From: Vermamoeba vermiformis | Lineage: Eukaryota | Assembly (NCBI GenBank): GCA_045837725.1 | Contig: JBEWZL010000209.1 | Span: forward strand, 496,001 to 560,000 | Length of the DNA: 64,000 nt | Direction of reading: 5' to 3' | Shown here: positions 1 through 11,886 of the stretch, piece after piece | Position numbering within the stretch: the stretch's first letter is position 1 | How the letters are laid out: each line of letters begins with the position of its first letter | Made by a program: the position numbers and the translations under genes | The notes under the pieces: model-generated | What the model saw: the letters and a program-made list of their open reading frames with translations, nothing else | The model's database searches: none | Told to the model about the DNA's origin: nothing

Positions 1-1117
1 GCATTCACGCAGGTCTGGGAATTAATGTGGCGCACGAATTGACGCACAAATACACGAAATTAGAAAGATTAGCTGGCAAAGCATCAGTACGTAGTGAATA
101 GTGATAAAAAATCTCCTCCGATTAGGTCGCGTACTGACTTTTTGTGGATGTAGTTAGCGGCAACTTGCTACTTGCACTTTTATATCGAGCACCCTGTAGG
201 CCACCACTGGCACGTTGCTACTCCTAAAGGTATTATATGCCCCGTATTGGTCGATATGAAGTGAAGCTAACAACTTGCTGCCCAGATCCGGCTACTTCAC
301 GCTTTGGCGAATCATTTTATAAGTTCTGGCCTCGTACAGTGATCTACTCCTTCCTTAGCGCCATTAACCTCGAGAGTGAGTATATATTCACACCAATAAT
401 TATTCAAATGTGATACTAATAAGCTCAATAATTATGACAGAACAACGCCTCGCGAAGCAAAACAAACCAACGCATATTTTGTTCAATTTTGAAAATTTGA
501 TCTTTTGGTGCTTCTTGGGTCCTATTATCATTATTACTGGTTTGACTTTGATGTTTGGAAACCTGCTTCAAGTCACCGTGTTCTTCCTCATCCAGTCAGT
601 CGTTGGCTTCTCACTGCTGGAGCTCGTTAATTACATCGAACACTATGGTAATTATTCCCACTTAAAGTTAAGTTGAAAGCAGTTAAAAATTAACATTTTT
701 TTTAGGTTTGGAACGCAAAGAAGTCAAGCCAGGCATTTACGAGCCAGTCACACCTTTGCACTCGTGGAATGCACCGTTCAGAGTGACGAACTACTTCTTG
801 TTCAAATTGCAACGCCATTCTGATCACCATGCTTATCCTATTAGAAGGTAAGTCGTAAATTTTTTTCGTTGCGGATCCACAGGTTGGAGTCACTTTAGAG
901 CCCTTGACTAACGTTATATATAACTAGGTATCAAATTCTTCGATCGTTTGAGGAGTCCCCTCAAATGCCCACTGGTTATGCCGGCATGATTCTATTGGCT
1001 GTCGTGCCACCATTGTGGTTTAAAGTGATGGATCCGCTCGTCAAAGATTTTAACTCGCGTACCACAGACAAGCACGTGTTTCATACCAATGAAAACGATG
1101 CTGCTAGATTTAACTAG
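1..1117 (+). CDS. alkB: Alkane 1-monooxygenase (AlkB-type membrane di-iron hydroxylase), spliced, 5' part outside window
   Basis: Spliced exons give the His boxes AHELTHK, EHPVGHHWHVATPKDPATSR, NYIEHYG and LQRHSDHHAYP. C-terminus PLWFKVMDP...AARFN* ends with TAG at 1115-1117. Confidence 0.9.
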
Positions 1118-1264
1118 CAGTAATGTACAGTACTATTAATAAAGTGTAAATAGTTGATTAACTTAGATTGGCAAGCGAATATCGTTTCCACGCTATTTTA
1201 TTATGTACAAAATTGTGGGTTTGTTATTGCTTGAATTCTTTTTGTATTTTAACCTATTTTTCAA

Positions 1265-3055
1265 TTACCAATCGAATTCACCATTGGCCTTTTGAAATAA
1301 GAAGTCTCTACCGTTCAAATGCATGACACCGTCGCGTAACGCTGCTTTTCGCTTACTACGCACACGTGTAACTTTTTCAAACAAACAAATAACAATGTTA
1401 TCTGTTTCAGGCTCTTTGTCTTCATCGTCGTCCAAATCCGATCCTAACTCGTCATCGTCTGAATTCAATTCTTCATCATCGCCAAGACCTTCGTCAACTA
1501 CTTTAGCTCTCTTATTTCCTTTCTACAATACCATTCATTAGTAACTATAACGAATACTACATCGAATAAAGCAATAACAGATCTCGGTAAACACGTGTAG
1601 ATCGAGCAATAAAATTCGCTTATTGTGCTACTCCTCAATAGTGAATATATGCGTACCTTAGCGGCCTTGGTACCCTCACTCCAGTTAGAGGGATTAGTAG
1701 CATGTTGTTGCAAGTTAGTGTTAATATTGTTCGACGCAACTTGGATCGGGGGCAAAATTGGTGCACCAGTAGTATTCGGCACTGAAATAGCACGACCATT
1801 GCCGAGCTGGAAGGTCTTGGTGCCACTAATAGGATTGATAAGGCCTAAATTCACAAATTCTTAGTAAAATGGTTTTTGGTCTGGATCGGATCAAGTGGCA
1901 CGTACCAGCGGCCGTGGTCATGACAATAGGATTATTAGCTGTTAACAGCTGATTGTTATTTAGTGTTCCCGGAATAGCATCAGGTGCGAGAGGTGTGTTG
2001 TTAGTGGCATTGCCAGGCGTGTTCAAGATGGATTGCAACGAGTTGGTCAACGAGCCTTGCGAGCCTGTGCTGTTCGTTCTGTTGAGCGAGGCGGCTGTGC
2101 CCGTCATTGTACCGGGAACGGGGATGTATTGCACTGGTTGGCCAGTAGGATTGGCTAATACTGGTATTCCGCCCTACGTCCAAAAAACCGGTTAAAAATT
2201 CAGATCAATGTGGCGATGTTGAGTGAACTGGATCTGCACTAAAAGTGCTTGTATTGTATGTGCATTGCTACTATCTTGTTGTGCTTACCTTGCCGTGCTC
2301 TGCTTTAATATTTGCAAATGCAGCAGTTCCTGTGGCTAGTGCTTGTTGTTGTGATTGATCTGCTCCCGCGCCCATCTGTTGTTGCTACGAAAACTCGAGT
2401 ATTAGATTTGCTGGGACTATGAGAAATACCGAAATGGAATATATGGGAAGGTTATTATCGAATATTCGCGGTCTGATTGCAAAATCTTGATCGAGCAACA
2501 TAAAGTTGATAAAAAGAAATTGTTGTTTTCGTTAAAGCGGGAGCGTTGCAGGAAATAAGCACCGAAAGACTATTTACCATTAATAGCAAGCTATTTGTGT
2601 TCGGAAGCATGAGTGAAGCTGCGTTGAACGTGTTCGGATCGGCGTAGTTCACTGCAAACTGATGGCCGAACTGTTGCTGCGCACCAACGGCAGGACTCAT
2701 AGCCAGCTTTGACTCCCATAGCTTCAATACAAAAATATTAAAGCCAGCCGTCAACACAAGCGATTTCAGAAAAGTGAAAGAAAAGTTTTTTGATTTGAAT
2801 TATTAAAACTGCCCACAAACGATGCAAAATAATACCAAAAAAATGAATTATCGAGGTACGTATTATTGAGTTGCTTTTGATAGTATCCGAACGATTATTA
2901 GAATTAATTGAAAAATTATTGCATTTTGCAAATCTTACTTGCTGCAGCTCTCTAAGTGCAGATTCTTCGTAACCAGCGTTTAAAAATTCTTGACGGACTT
3001 TATTGATAACATCGTGGATAACTGACTGATAAGTTACTTCTGTTGAATGGCTCAT
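1265..3055 (-). CDS. TOA1: Transcription initiation factor TFIIA large subunit (alpha/beta), spliced
   Basis: N-terminus TYQSVIHDVINKVRQEFLNAGYEESALRELQQ/LWESKL, low-complexity middle, C-terminus LGSDLDD...NIVICLFEKVTRVRSKRKAALRDGVMHLNGRDFLFQKANGEFDW. Confidence 0.93.
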
Positions 3056-3474
3056 AATTTATTTTAAATCTACTATTTGAGGATCTATCAGGCAATCAAT
3101 AAGTCGTCCAAGTTGTTAAATAATAAATGCAGGTTCAGTCGCTGTTGTGGTGCCCGATCCTGCTTTTACCGTCGAATGAGGGGGTATTTGTAGTGCACAA
3201 ACGCTAATAAAAAGCGGTCCACCAGGGCTGCACGTGATACTGATCCTTTTTAGTATTGATCGCCTTTGATCTATCGAACGTCGCTACGTCGTACTTAGGT
3301 TGCCTGACCCCAATCCTAAGCCGAATAAAAGATTTAGCAGCAGAAATCGAAAAAGTAATGGCCGCAGCGAGATTTGATACGGATGACTCGAGCCTTTTCC
3401 AGCAAGTATATACAAGTTTATTATATTACATTAATAAGTTATAATACGCACATAGTCACGCTCTTAGGGCATGT

Positions 3475-5013
3475 CTACTGCGGGATACTCGATGGCAGAG
3501 GTGGCAGTGCCGGCGGATTTCCATTACTCGCAGCTTCCTCTTCGTTGCTAGCATTGATCAATCGGTTAATCGAGTTCTTTTGTCTAGCTTCTCGCTCTTT
3601 CTTGCTCTTGTTTGCGAATCGTATACCACAAGCATTGCAGAGCCTATAATCGATCGTGTCAGATCACTGCTCTTTCGCGAACTATTTCAGACCGCTATTT
3701 ATAGCAATTGTTTATACTTACGTTGCGGGTCCACAAGGCCCTCGGCGCCACTCAGGAGTCTCTGTTGTCTTGCACTTCTCGCAAATTAGGTGGGTTTTGT
3801 CGGTCTTCTTTCTTCCGCGCTTTCGCTTGTGAGGGATCTGGTCGTCAAGAGGAATATCTTGCATTCCATCCTTCATCAGCGACATCTTCATATTGAAGCT
3901 AGGCTGCTCGCCTTGTTGAAAGAGTTGCTGTTGTTGAGGAATGAAAGATTGCATCGCGTGCGCTTGAACGGAAACGCTCGTGGACGGGATGAAGCGCGGT
4001 GTAGCATTAATAACAGGCTTCGTTGTGATCGGCAAAGGTGGTAATGTAGCGGGTTGGATTGGGCGGTTTTGTTGTTGCGGTTGTTGGTTGGGGTTTGGAT
4101 TCGCAAAATTGTTCATGGGCGGCAGGACCCATTTAAACGCGCTACCGTTTCGCTCGGGCTCCCTACGATCGCAAGGTTAGAAGCACGTAATTGATTTGAA
4201 TGTTTGATTCAGGAGTTTTGATTTCATGAAAAACTGACAATCCCAAAGAAATCTCGCACAAAATGAATCACTGATGGCGTGTTTGTCCACGTTAATAGAT
4301 TAGATTCATCTCGATTAAGTCCGATGCAAAGTCAATTATTTAAAAAGTAGTAATGATCTTACTTGTCATTTGAGGTGCTAACGCTGACTGTGGTGTGGTT
4401 ACAAGAGTTGGCGGGCAGATGCGGTTCATGTTGGGTTGTGCACGTAATTGTGGAAGGAGGTTGGTTATTATTATTGTAATAGGTGAATTGAGTTTGTTGA
4501 TGTGTCAGGGAAAATGAGGGTAAAGACTGCTGTGATGGTTGGGGAAGCTTTAGATCGAGAAAAACAAGAAAATTAGTATGGATAAATTACAGTTTCGTAG
4601 GCAATGAGTTTTAAATACGAAAATTATCGCGCGTTTAGGAAAGTTACCTGAGGGGAGGGAATGGGCAAGGGCTTCGTCCTTTGTTCTTTATTTAGTTCTG
4701 AATCTTCGACTACGGATTTAATCGTGGAAATCATTTGAATGGATAGAAAAGATGCCCTCTCGAGTTCTTTATGTGTGATCGGCCTAGCCTTAGCTTCCTG
4801 AGACAGGCGGTATATTTCTGCGCAGCAATCTTGAATCTAATCCGTAACTTCGTCAGATTGCTGCTCTTTTCATGAATTTAACGCGATTATGCGATTACTC
4901 ACGGTATTCCATGTTTGATTGCCCACGTCAGGAGGTCCAAAGCCGTCTAATCGCAGAGGCGATGAAGCACCAGAGCTTGAACTAGCCTCATCTGAGGATA
5001 AGTGATGAGTCAT
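3475..5013 (-). CDS. GATA-type zinc-finger transcription factor, spliced
   Basis: CEKCKTTETPEWRRGPCGPAT/LCNKCGLK across an intron. The start at 5013 (MTHHLSSDEASS...) is inferred from an upstream exon ending in a GTGAGT donor. Confidence 0.8.
4197..4330. repeat. Intronic dispersed repeat, copy A (~135 bp)
   Basis: Near-identical to 18666-18801; lies inside an intron of the GATA gene. Confidence 0.9.
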
Positions 5014-5267
5014 AAGATTAATATTTCGTTATAATTATCGATGACGTTGTAGTCATGTCTAAACATAAAATAAAATAAAGAAACAGCAAGGCACAAATTT
5101 TGTTCTGCGGGAAGGTCAATACAACCCCCTTTCACTGAACGGGAAAAAATCGCTATTTTGCGCTATATCGCCTATTGAACAACAAACCATAAATATGAAA
5201 AGCACAAATGTAATTAAATGATACATACCACACCACAACTACCACTACTAAGAAGAATCTCCCACAA

Positions 5268-5858
5268 ATGTCTAACGGATCGAGCAACGTAACATCTGTT
5301 TCGGCAATTGCAAGTCCTCAACGTGCACGTAATTTGCCCAGAAGACACTCAATTCCAAGCCATTTATTGCCTGGCTTTCAACGACCAAGAACCAACCGAC
5401 GTCGCCGTACTGTTGAAGATGAGGAACACCGAGCTCTTCGTGCAGTTTCACGACGTAGAATCACACCACGCACTGCTCACATAATGCATGAAAGCACCTT
5501 GTTAGAGAATTTGGCTGCCAATGACGCTGCTTCATTATCGGTGGCAGATGAAGCGCGAATGCAAATTGAAGCCCTTGTAACCAAGAAAATGCAATGGAAG
5601 GCACCTCGAAAGGCTTCATTCCAGTTTTGGGTAAGTCGTTTGTTAGTAAATAATATTTTAAATAATTATTTCGTATTTTATTGAAACAATACATAACAAC
5701 GACAAATTTAGGTTCCGACTGTTTCCTTTGCCAACTTGCTTTTCTCCAAATTTGCCGCTGATGATATGAAGTGGTTTGTCTCTCATGCTAGATTGCAAGG
5801 TGACCCAACTCTTGGATCCACTCGTGTTCGTGGCATTTTCACGAAGGAGAGAATGTAA
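5268..5858 (+). CDS. Hypothetical basic protein, two exons
   Basis: ORF from 5268 with donor TGG|GTAAGT. Acceptor TTAG|GTTCCG continues in frame to TAA at 5856-5858. No family recognised. Confidence 0.55.
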
Positions 5859-6042
5859 ATGTCAACAAGGAATAACTTGAAACGATTTGAGCAAACAACA
5901 TGCCTTACTATTTAGAGCTCGTTGACGGAAAAGTTATTATTTTTAGAATCGCGCCTGTTGAGAATAATCAATTTCAGCGTACAAAGCAAAAAAAAAAAGA
6001 ATAAAAAAAAAAAAAAGAAAAAAATACAGCCTAGAAAGTTTC

Positions 6043-6961
6043 TTAGAAAGAAGCGCCGGCCGGAAACAGGAGGGAAAAAAAAAACCACGAAATCCCCGCA
6101 AACTTAGAGGTTTTAAGCGTAGTAGGGCAATCCTGTCCCCACTCGGTGAAACAATTATGATGAGTTGTGAAGACTAACGAGTAGCGGTCTCCATCAATCT
6201 TCCAATTCTCGTGCAATATGTTCCGTGAATGGAAAAACACAACGTCGCCAGCTCCTATGCTCAGTCTAATCTTGTGCTCCCGAAAAATCAAGTCGCCACC
6301 CGTAAACGAACCAAGAGGAACTACGCAACAGTAACCCTCTGGCTCGTCTTTCTGATCGTAATGAGGAGTGGTTCCTCCTTGATTAATTACGCACATTACA
6401 AACGACTTTGTATAATATCGGGGAGCTTTAAGGGCACAATACCTCTTAAACGCACCAGACTTTTTTGTCATCGCCGAAAATCTTCCATCCACTATATCAC
6501 ATAACCTTCGCATTGATCTATTTTTCCATAATGGTGGGTACTTTGTGTCGTTGTAATATTTGATAGCTTGTTCTTGCTCTCTTGTCTTCGCTATAAAGTC
6601 GTTCGACTCACGCCAGACACCGTGATGCAGACTGTCGTCTGAAGTTATAGGTGTACAATGTAGAAGTAACGCTTTGATAGCAGCAACAATGTTGCCGTTA
6701 TCCTTGCTATCTACGCGACGCTTGTAAACCCGGGCCACTATCTGATTATATTGATTATAAATAATTACTCTAAATATTAAACTCTGTCAGTAATAATATT
6801 TAAAAATTGTATTTAACTTACTCGTCTTCATACGTCTTGTATTCTTTTAGATCGTCTTCCGTTAACTCGGGCAGACTTTTTGGATCGCTTGTGGCGAAAC
6901 CGTCGTACTTTACAGTAATCCTATCTACTTCTACATGTCTGTTATTATTGATACCGGGCAT
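6043..6961 (-). CDS. 2-oxoglutarate/Fe(II) dioxygenase, TET/JBP-like, two exons (intron 6770-6821)
   Basis: HYD...GYCCVVPLGSFTGGDLIF...GDVVFF...ILHEN...RYSLVF matches the HxD...H...R triad of the DSBH fold. Exon 1 (MPGINNNR...) splices in frame through a 52-nt GT-AG intron with an ACTGAC branch site. Confidence 0.75.
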
Positions 6962-8131
6962 ATCTGTGCTATAGGGGAAGTAAAAATCAAAAACCATAAA
7001 AGTTTTGGGCTATAATTTTCTTACTACGAGGGCTTTTTCTGTAATTCCTTCACAATATAGATGCAATAGAAGCCCTATTTAAATTGTAGCCCCTAGTTCT
7101 CTTTTTGCTGGTGTTAAATAATCGTCGTGTAAATCCACGAACTAAAATTTATTTGCCTCCCTCGTGGGAGATTTCGCAAATAACCGCCTGCCAAAAAAAA
7201 CCACGTGGTAATTATTTCCTCGCCTTTTTATCGGGGTTGTATTGTTTTTTGGTTCGTGAAAACCACGACCTTCCCTTGCTGGATCCCAAAAAGGAAAATA
7301 ACCAAAGATTAGGATAGATTGGATTTACGCCAGCAATTAGTGCGTCATGAAACGGGATCGATCCTACAACATCTTAGCTTGCTGCGGCTTACTCTCGATC
7401 GAATCAGGTCAACTTGACAAACTTTGTGTTTTTGCTTGTGTCGTTGCGATTCAATAGAAAAAAAGCAACATATAATATATCAATTTTTGCAAGGGGATGC
7501 GAGGTTAGAATACTAATCCGATGTTGCAACGTGGATGTACACGCCACACTGAAAAAATTTCTAGCTTTGAGAAAGCCGGTTTTTAAGGGAATCGCAGTAA
7601 GATCTTACTATGGATAATTGATCGAGGCATCGGCGATCTTTCTGTATTATATTCTAATTTTACTGAGTCCATTATGGTCGTTTAGTTGCGCGGATTAGCG
7701 AACGATGCTGTTCAATTGCTTTTAATTTCACGTTTTTCGTTGATCTTCGCGTGCAAATGGTTCCTATTGTGGATGTAACCTAGAAAAAACATGCATAAAG
7801 AGACTGCCAAGCGTGTTTTTTTTCTCACCGAAAATCCCCGGGTGGGAAATCTAACTTTTTTTTGACCAATCAGGGGTCGTTTAGAAATGTGAAAATGCCC
7901 GATAAGACAAAAAAAGTTTTTTCCATTTATAACTTTTGTCCGATACACGCTAATCTGCACGCGATTGCGTGTTCACTGAAACTGTCTCAAGCCGATGACT
8001 GAATACACGAGCGTTCGTTTGACAAAGAAATAATGGTTGGAATCGCTAGCTGACGGGTCTTTCGAGACAAAGCGCTTTTTTTTTCTTTCAATCATAATTT
8101 TTGTCGACCTGAAAGAGTTACGAGTGTTCCA

Positions 8132-11100
8132 ATGGCAGACGGCTTAGATAGATTAAATGAGCGAATATTTGGCGATACTCAAATCAAGATTCGTTATACA
8201 CCTGGTAAATATCGAAAGATCAACAAGTAAATCTTGACTATTAGCTTAATTTGCAAATCAAATCATAGGACGAGGGCGATATATTGTAACAGAGCGAGAC
8301 TTAAAAGCTGGTGAAGTTATATTAATTACAAAGCCATACACTTTAGGTAATAAATTTTTTGTAATTATTATTTCGATAGAGAAAAATTATTTATCGCCAT
8401 CTTATCGTGCTAATCATCGTTATACATACAAATAATTATTATTTCGGCTTAATTAAAATTTTTAAATCATCCTGAAGATTTTTCAACTAACGCGATCTGG
8501 ATTAGTCGTGCACGATGAATACGAGTTCTCAGTATGTCATTATTGCCAGAAATATGAAAAGGATTTTTCTCGTTATAGCACAATTTGTGAGGAGTGCAAC
8601 CACGTAAGTAGCCGTGTCAGCTGAACGTGTCGATCCGATTAAATTTCTGATTACAACCATCTAAACTCCAAACCATGACTTGATTTGTCGCGGTCTTTGA
8701 AGTTATTATTCTGGAAAACAACCACATAGTTATTATGGCCCTAAATTGCTGTTGTTTTGGATGCATCCCTAATGGATCTTCTCTCCAGGTAGCTTACTGT
8801 TCGCAGCAATGCAAAGACATGCACTACGCTGAACTACATCGCCACGAGTGCCCGTTCTTAGTGGCTTTAAATGCTTTCGAAGAGTACGAGCCTTTAATGC
8901 GCGCTAAAACAAGGCACGTAATCAACGCTTTGGTCAAGAGGAAACTTGAACGAGAAGGTACGTGCAGATGAATAATATGATAAATTAAGACCACGCGGGC
9001 AAATTAAGTGTGTTTTAGTGGCCAAAGCAACAAAAGATATGGCTTTATTGCCCGATCCTTGCTTACGCTCCGGAGAGATCCCGCTTTATTTGATTTCCGG
9101 AGGAAATTTGTCCCTAATTGATTCACCTTAAGTAATTCTAATGAATTATACTAATTAGTTAACGGCGGAGATGCCACTGCACTCACCGACGCACCGACGT
9201 TCGAAGATCTGGAGCTTTTGATTTCTCATCGACAACAGTTAAACGATTCGACGCCTGGAGTGCAAGCCATATATAGATCAGTCTATCAGTAAGTAACGGT
9301 TCCTACGCAACGATTACTTGGGGCGGGTTATTTTGGGCATCAATTTATTGATTTTTGAATCGGTTGGTCAAGAAATTCATCTTTTGCGCGTAATACAGCA
9401 TTATGGACGCATTACTCCATCAAGTTTGTAAAGATGGAGCACGAAAACGCAATTGTACTGTGATTTAGATGGTTATTCGCACGAGATCTACATGCACGAG
9501 ATAAGATTAGATTATTTTCATTGAAATTACGCGATTGGTGCCATCGTTTAAACTCATATTGCCAAAACAATGCTATGACCATACGACATATCATTAAAAA
9601 TGAAGCGGAATCCGAAACAAGCACATCCGTATTGGGATTTCACCGTCGCACTATTCTTGATACGGATTCAATTAAATCAGGATCTTTCGTATTTTGTAAC
9701 TATTTTACCTTACCAACGTATAATTTCTGAAATCGTGTATTCCGCAAGTATACAGCCCATATACCACTTGCGATCTGACACAGATTGAATTTCAATAATT
9801 TTACCGTATGCGAAACTAATCGCGGCTTATTTTATAGCGCACTATATGAAGTTATGCCGGCAGAGTACCTTCCTTTTGACGACGAGCATCTTATAGATTT
9901 GGTAAGTGTCACGGACCCATATCGGAGATAATTTAGTATTTTTGCATCGGACAATTTTGGTTATTTCGTGTTTAAAATTTCTGAAGCTGGATCCAGCGGT
10001 GTTAACTGCGCTTGCTGTTCTATCTATATCGGCCATCGCGATCGATGACTCCCCTACTTAACACTCGCTAATTCTAATTTCGTTAGATTTGTAAGATGGA
10101 CTGCAATCAGTTTGGTGTTTGGAGCCATGAAGGTCAGTAAGCAAACTATGAACCCCCCGCGTAATGAAATGCACGAGACATTATTATCGCGATACTTCAA
10201 GGCTTAAATTTAGATTTTCAGAACTTTAGAACCTTCCAAACCAAATCCAATTTACGGATGTAGCCGAAACATTTCTCATCATCTTGATAACTGCGTTTAC
10301 TAAGCCTTATTTAAATACAGACACGTTATTAGGCCTATCAGTTCATCCTTTTGCCTGTTTCTTCAACCACAGTTGTTTACCGAACTGCATCCGACACTCT
10401 GTGGGCCGAGATTTTTACTTTACGACTTTATATCCTGTGCCTAAAAACTCTGAACTCAGTATAACTTATATTGGAGGTAAGCGTTTAGATACAATCGGCA
10501 GAGTTAGCTCGGAGATTAATCGGATCTGTGTGTTTTCGAAAATCTTTCTTAGATCCCTCACCGTCATTTCGTTTTAGATCGGTTCTCACATAGAACTCTT
10601 TACACTCGCTAATTGCATTTGCCATATTAACAATTTAGTTGTTGAATTTGTGTTCAATCAGCTGGAATACGCCTTTTATAGAAACACAAAATTAGCTGAG
10701 ACCATAATTGTCGAAAGTATATCTGATAACTGTTTTTGTTATTAGCTGAAGAACCTGTCAAAAAGAGGCGCGCACAATTGAGCCACAGCTACTACTTTGA
10801 ATGCAACTGCTTCAGGTGTTGCAGAAGGAAAGGGTTTCATAAGTTCTTGCCGCAAGCTTACGATGCGTTCTTCGACTTGATCCAATGCCCTAATGGCCCT
10901 GGTCTGTTACGATTAAAAGATTTTCGCGTACTGCGCACGAAGAATAATCCAGGTAATTTTTTCGTTACAACATTTTATCAATTTTATTTTTCTTCTACAA
11001 ATCATCGTCCGTAGTCTATCGTACTGCTAGACTACAAATAATAGCATGCTATTTGAGTACTATAGTCGTACATGATAACTCATGCATTAGTCGAGTAGGA

Positions 11101-11463
11101 GTGAATAATAACGCGGATCAACCTAACAATAACAACGCAATGGACACGAGCGAGCCACAAGGAGAGACGCGCATCTGTAGTACTTGTGGCTATGAAAAAC
11201 ATTTTGAAACGCCAGTGCCCTCCGTAAGCGATTTTTGTAGTAAATGGATCCCTCCAAGCGAAGATCCGAACAACCCTGATTACGTTATGAGCGATAATAA
11301 GAAAGGAAATAATAAGAAGAATAAGAAAGCTTTACGAAAGGAGTCGAAGCAGCAAGAAAAGACAAACAAGAATAATAACGACGATGAAGATCAGGACTCG
11401 AGTTTAAAGTCAATGTTTAAGCCTAAAAAAGATGATGCTCCAATAGGCGATGAGAACGTTTAA
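8132..11463 (+). CDS. SMYD-family SET and MYND domain lysine methyltransferase, spliced
   Basis: GRGRYIVTERDLKAGEVI, MYND cysteines (YCSQQCKDMHYAELHRHEC), FNHSCLPNC, ELSITYI, post-SET YYFECNCFRC. Confidence 0.88.
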
Positions 11464-11572
11464 ACTAAATAATGTTAAATATCCATCGAGTTATTGTTGT
11501 TTTTGTTTGAGATCTCTTTTGCACGTTAAACTTTTTCGATCGGCTAAGAAAAGTTCGTGACGTGCATTTTCC

Positions 11573-11580
11573 TCCCACAA
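11573..11580 (+). promoter_or_regulatory. DUSE-like snRNA upstream sequence element (TCCCACAA)
   Basis: Matches WCCCAYAA and starts 62 nt upstream of the U1 5' end, the approximate spacing known for Dictyostelium snRNA genes. Confidence 0.7.
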
Positions 11581-11634
11581 CAAGTTTGTATCGCTCAGTA
11601 ACATAAAAACGCGAGGACTCAACTCTAGGGATTC

Positions 11635-11797
11635 ATACTTACCAGACAGTAGAGATGTGATCAACAAGGCAATCTCTAGGTCGATCATTGCGCTCCGGAT
11701 GCACTAGGAGTGCGAGATCGGTTGGGCTTCAGGTTACTGAGGTTCCCTGTTATAATTTTTTATCGTGCAGATGCTGCGCTAAGCGCGCTTCTGCGCA
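11635..11797 (+). ncRNA. U1: U1 spliceosomal snRNA
   Basis: 5' ATACTTACC; helix H GACAG/CTGTT; loop I GATCAACAAG (U1-70K site); stem-loop II with ATGCAC loop; Sm site ATAATTTTTTA; 3' stem-loop GTGCAGA...TCTGCGC. Confidence 0.92.
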
Positions 11798-11886
11798 TCC
11801 AAATACAAAAAAAAATTAAAAGGTTTTGTGGGAGGGAAGATCGGGACAAACAAATCGTTTTAGATGTTAAGTGTTGAATATTTATA

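Noticed and set aside
5987-6024. A-rich tract as the poly(A) tail of a retrocopy
   Set aside because: Wrong orientation for the adjacent minus-strand TET-like gene, which also retains an intron; no target-site duplication seen.
6031-6070. Helitron 3' end (CTAG plus GC-rich palindrome)
   Set aside because: The base after CTAG on the minus strand is not T, the hairpin is weak, and there is no 5' TC end or Rep/helicase evidence.
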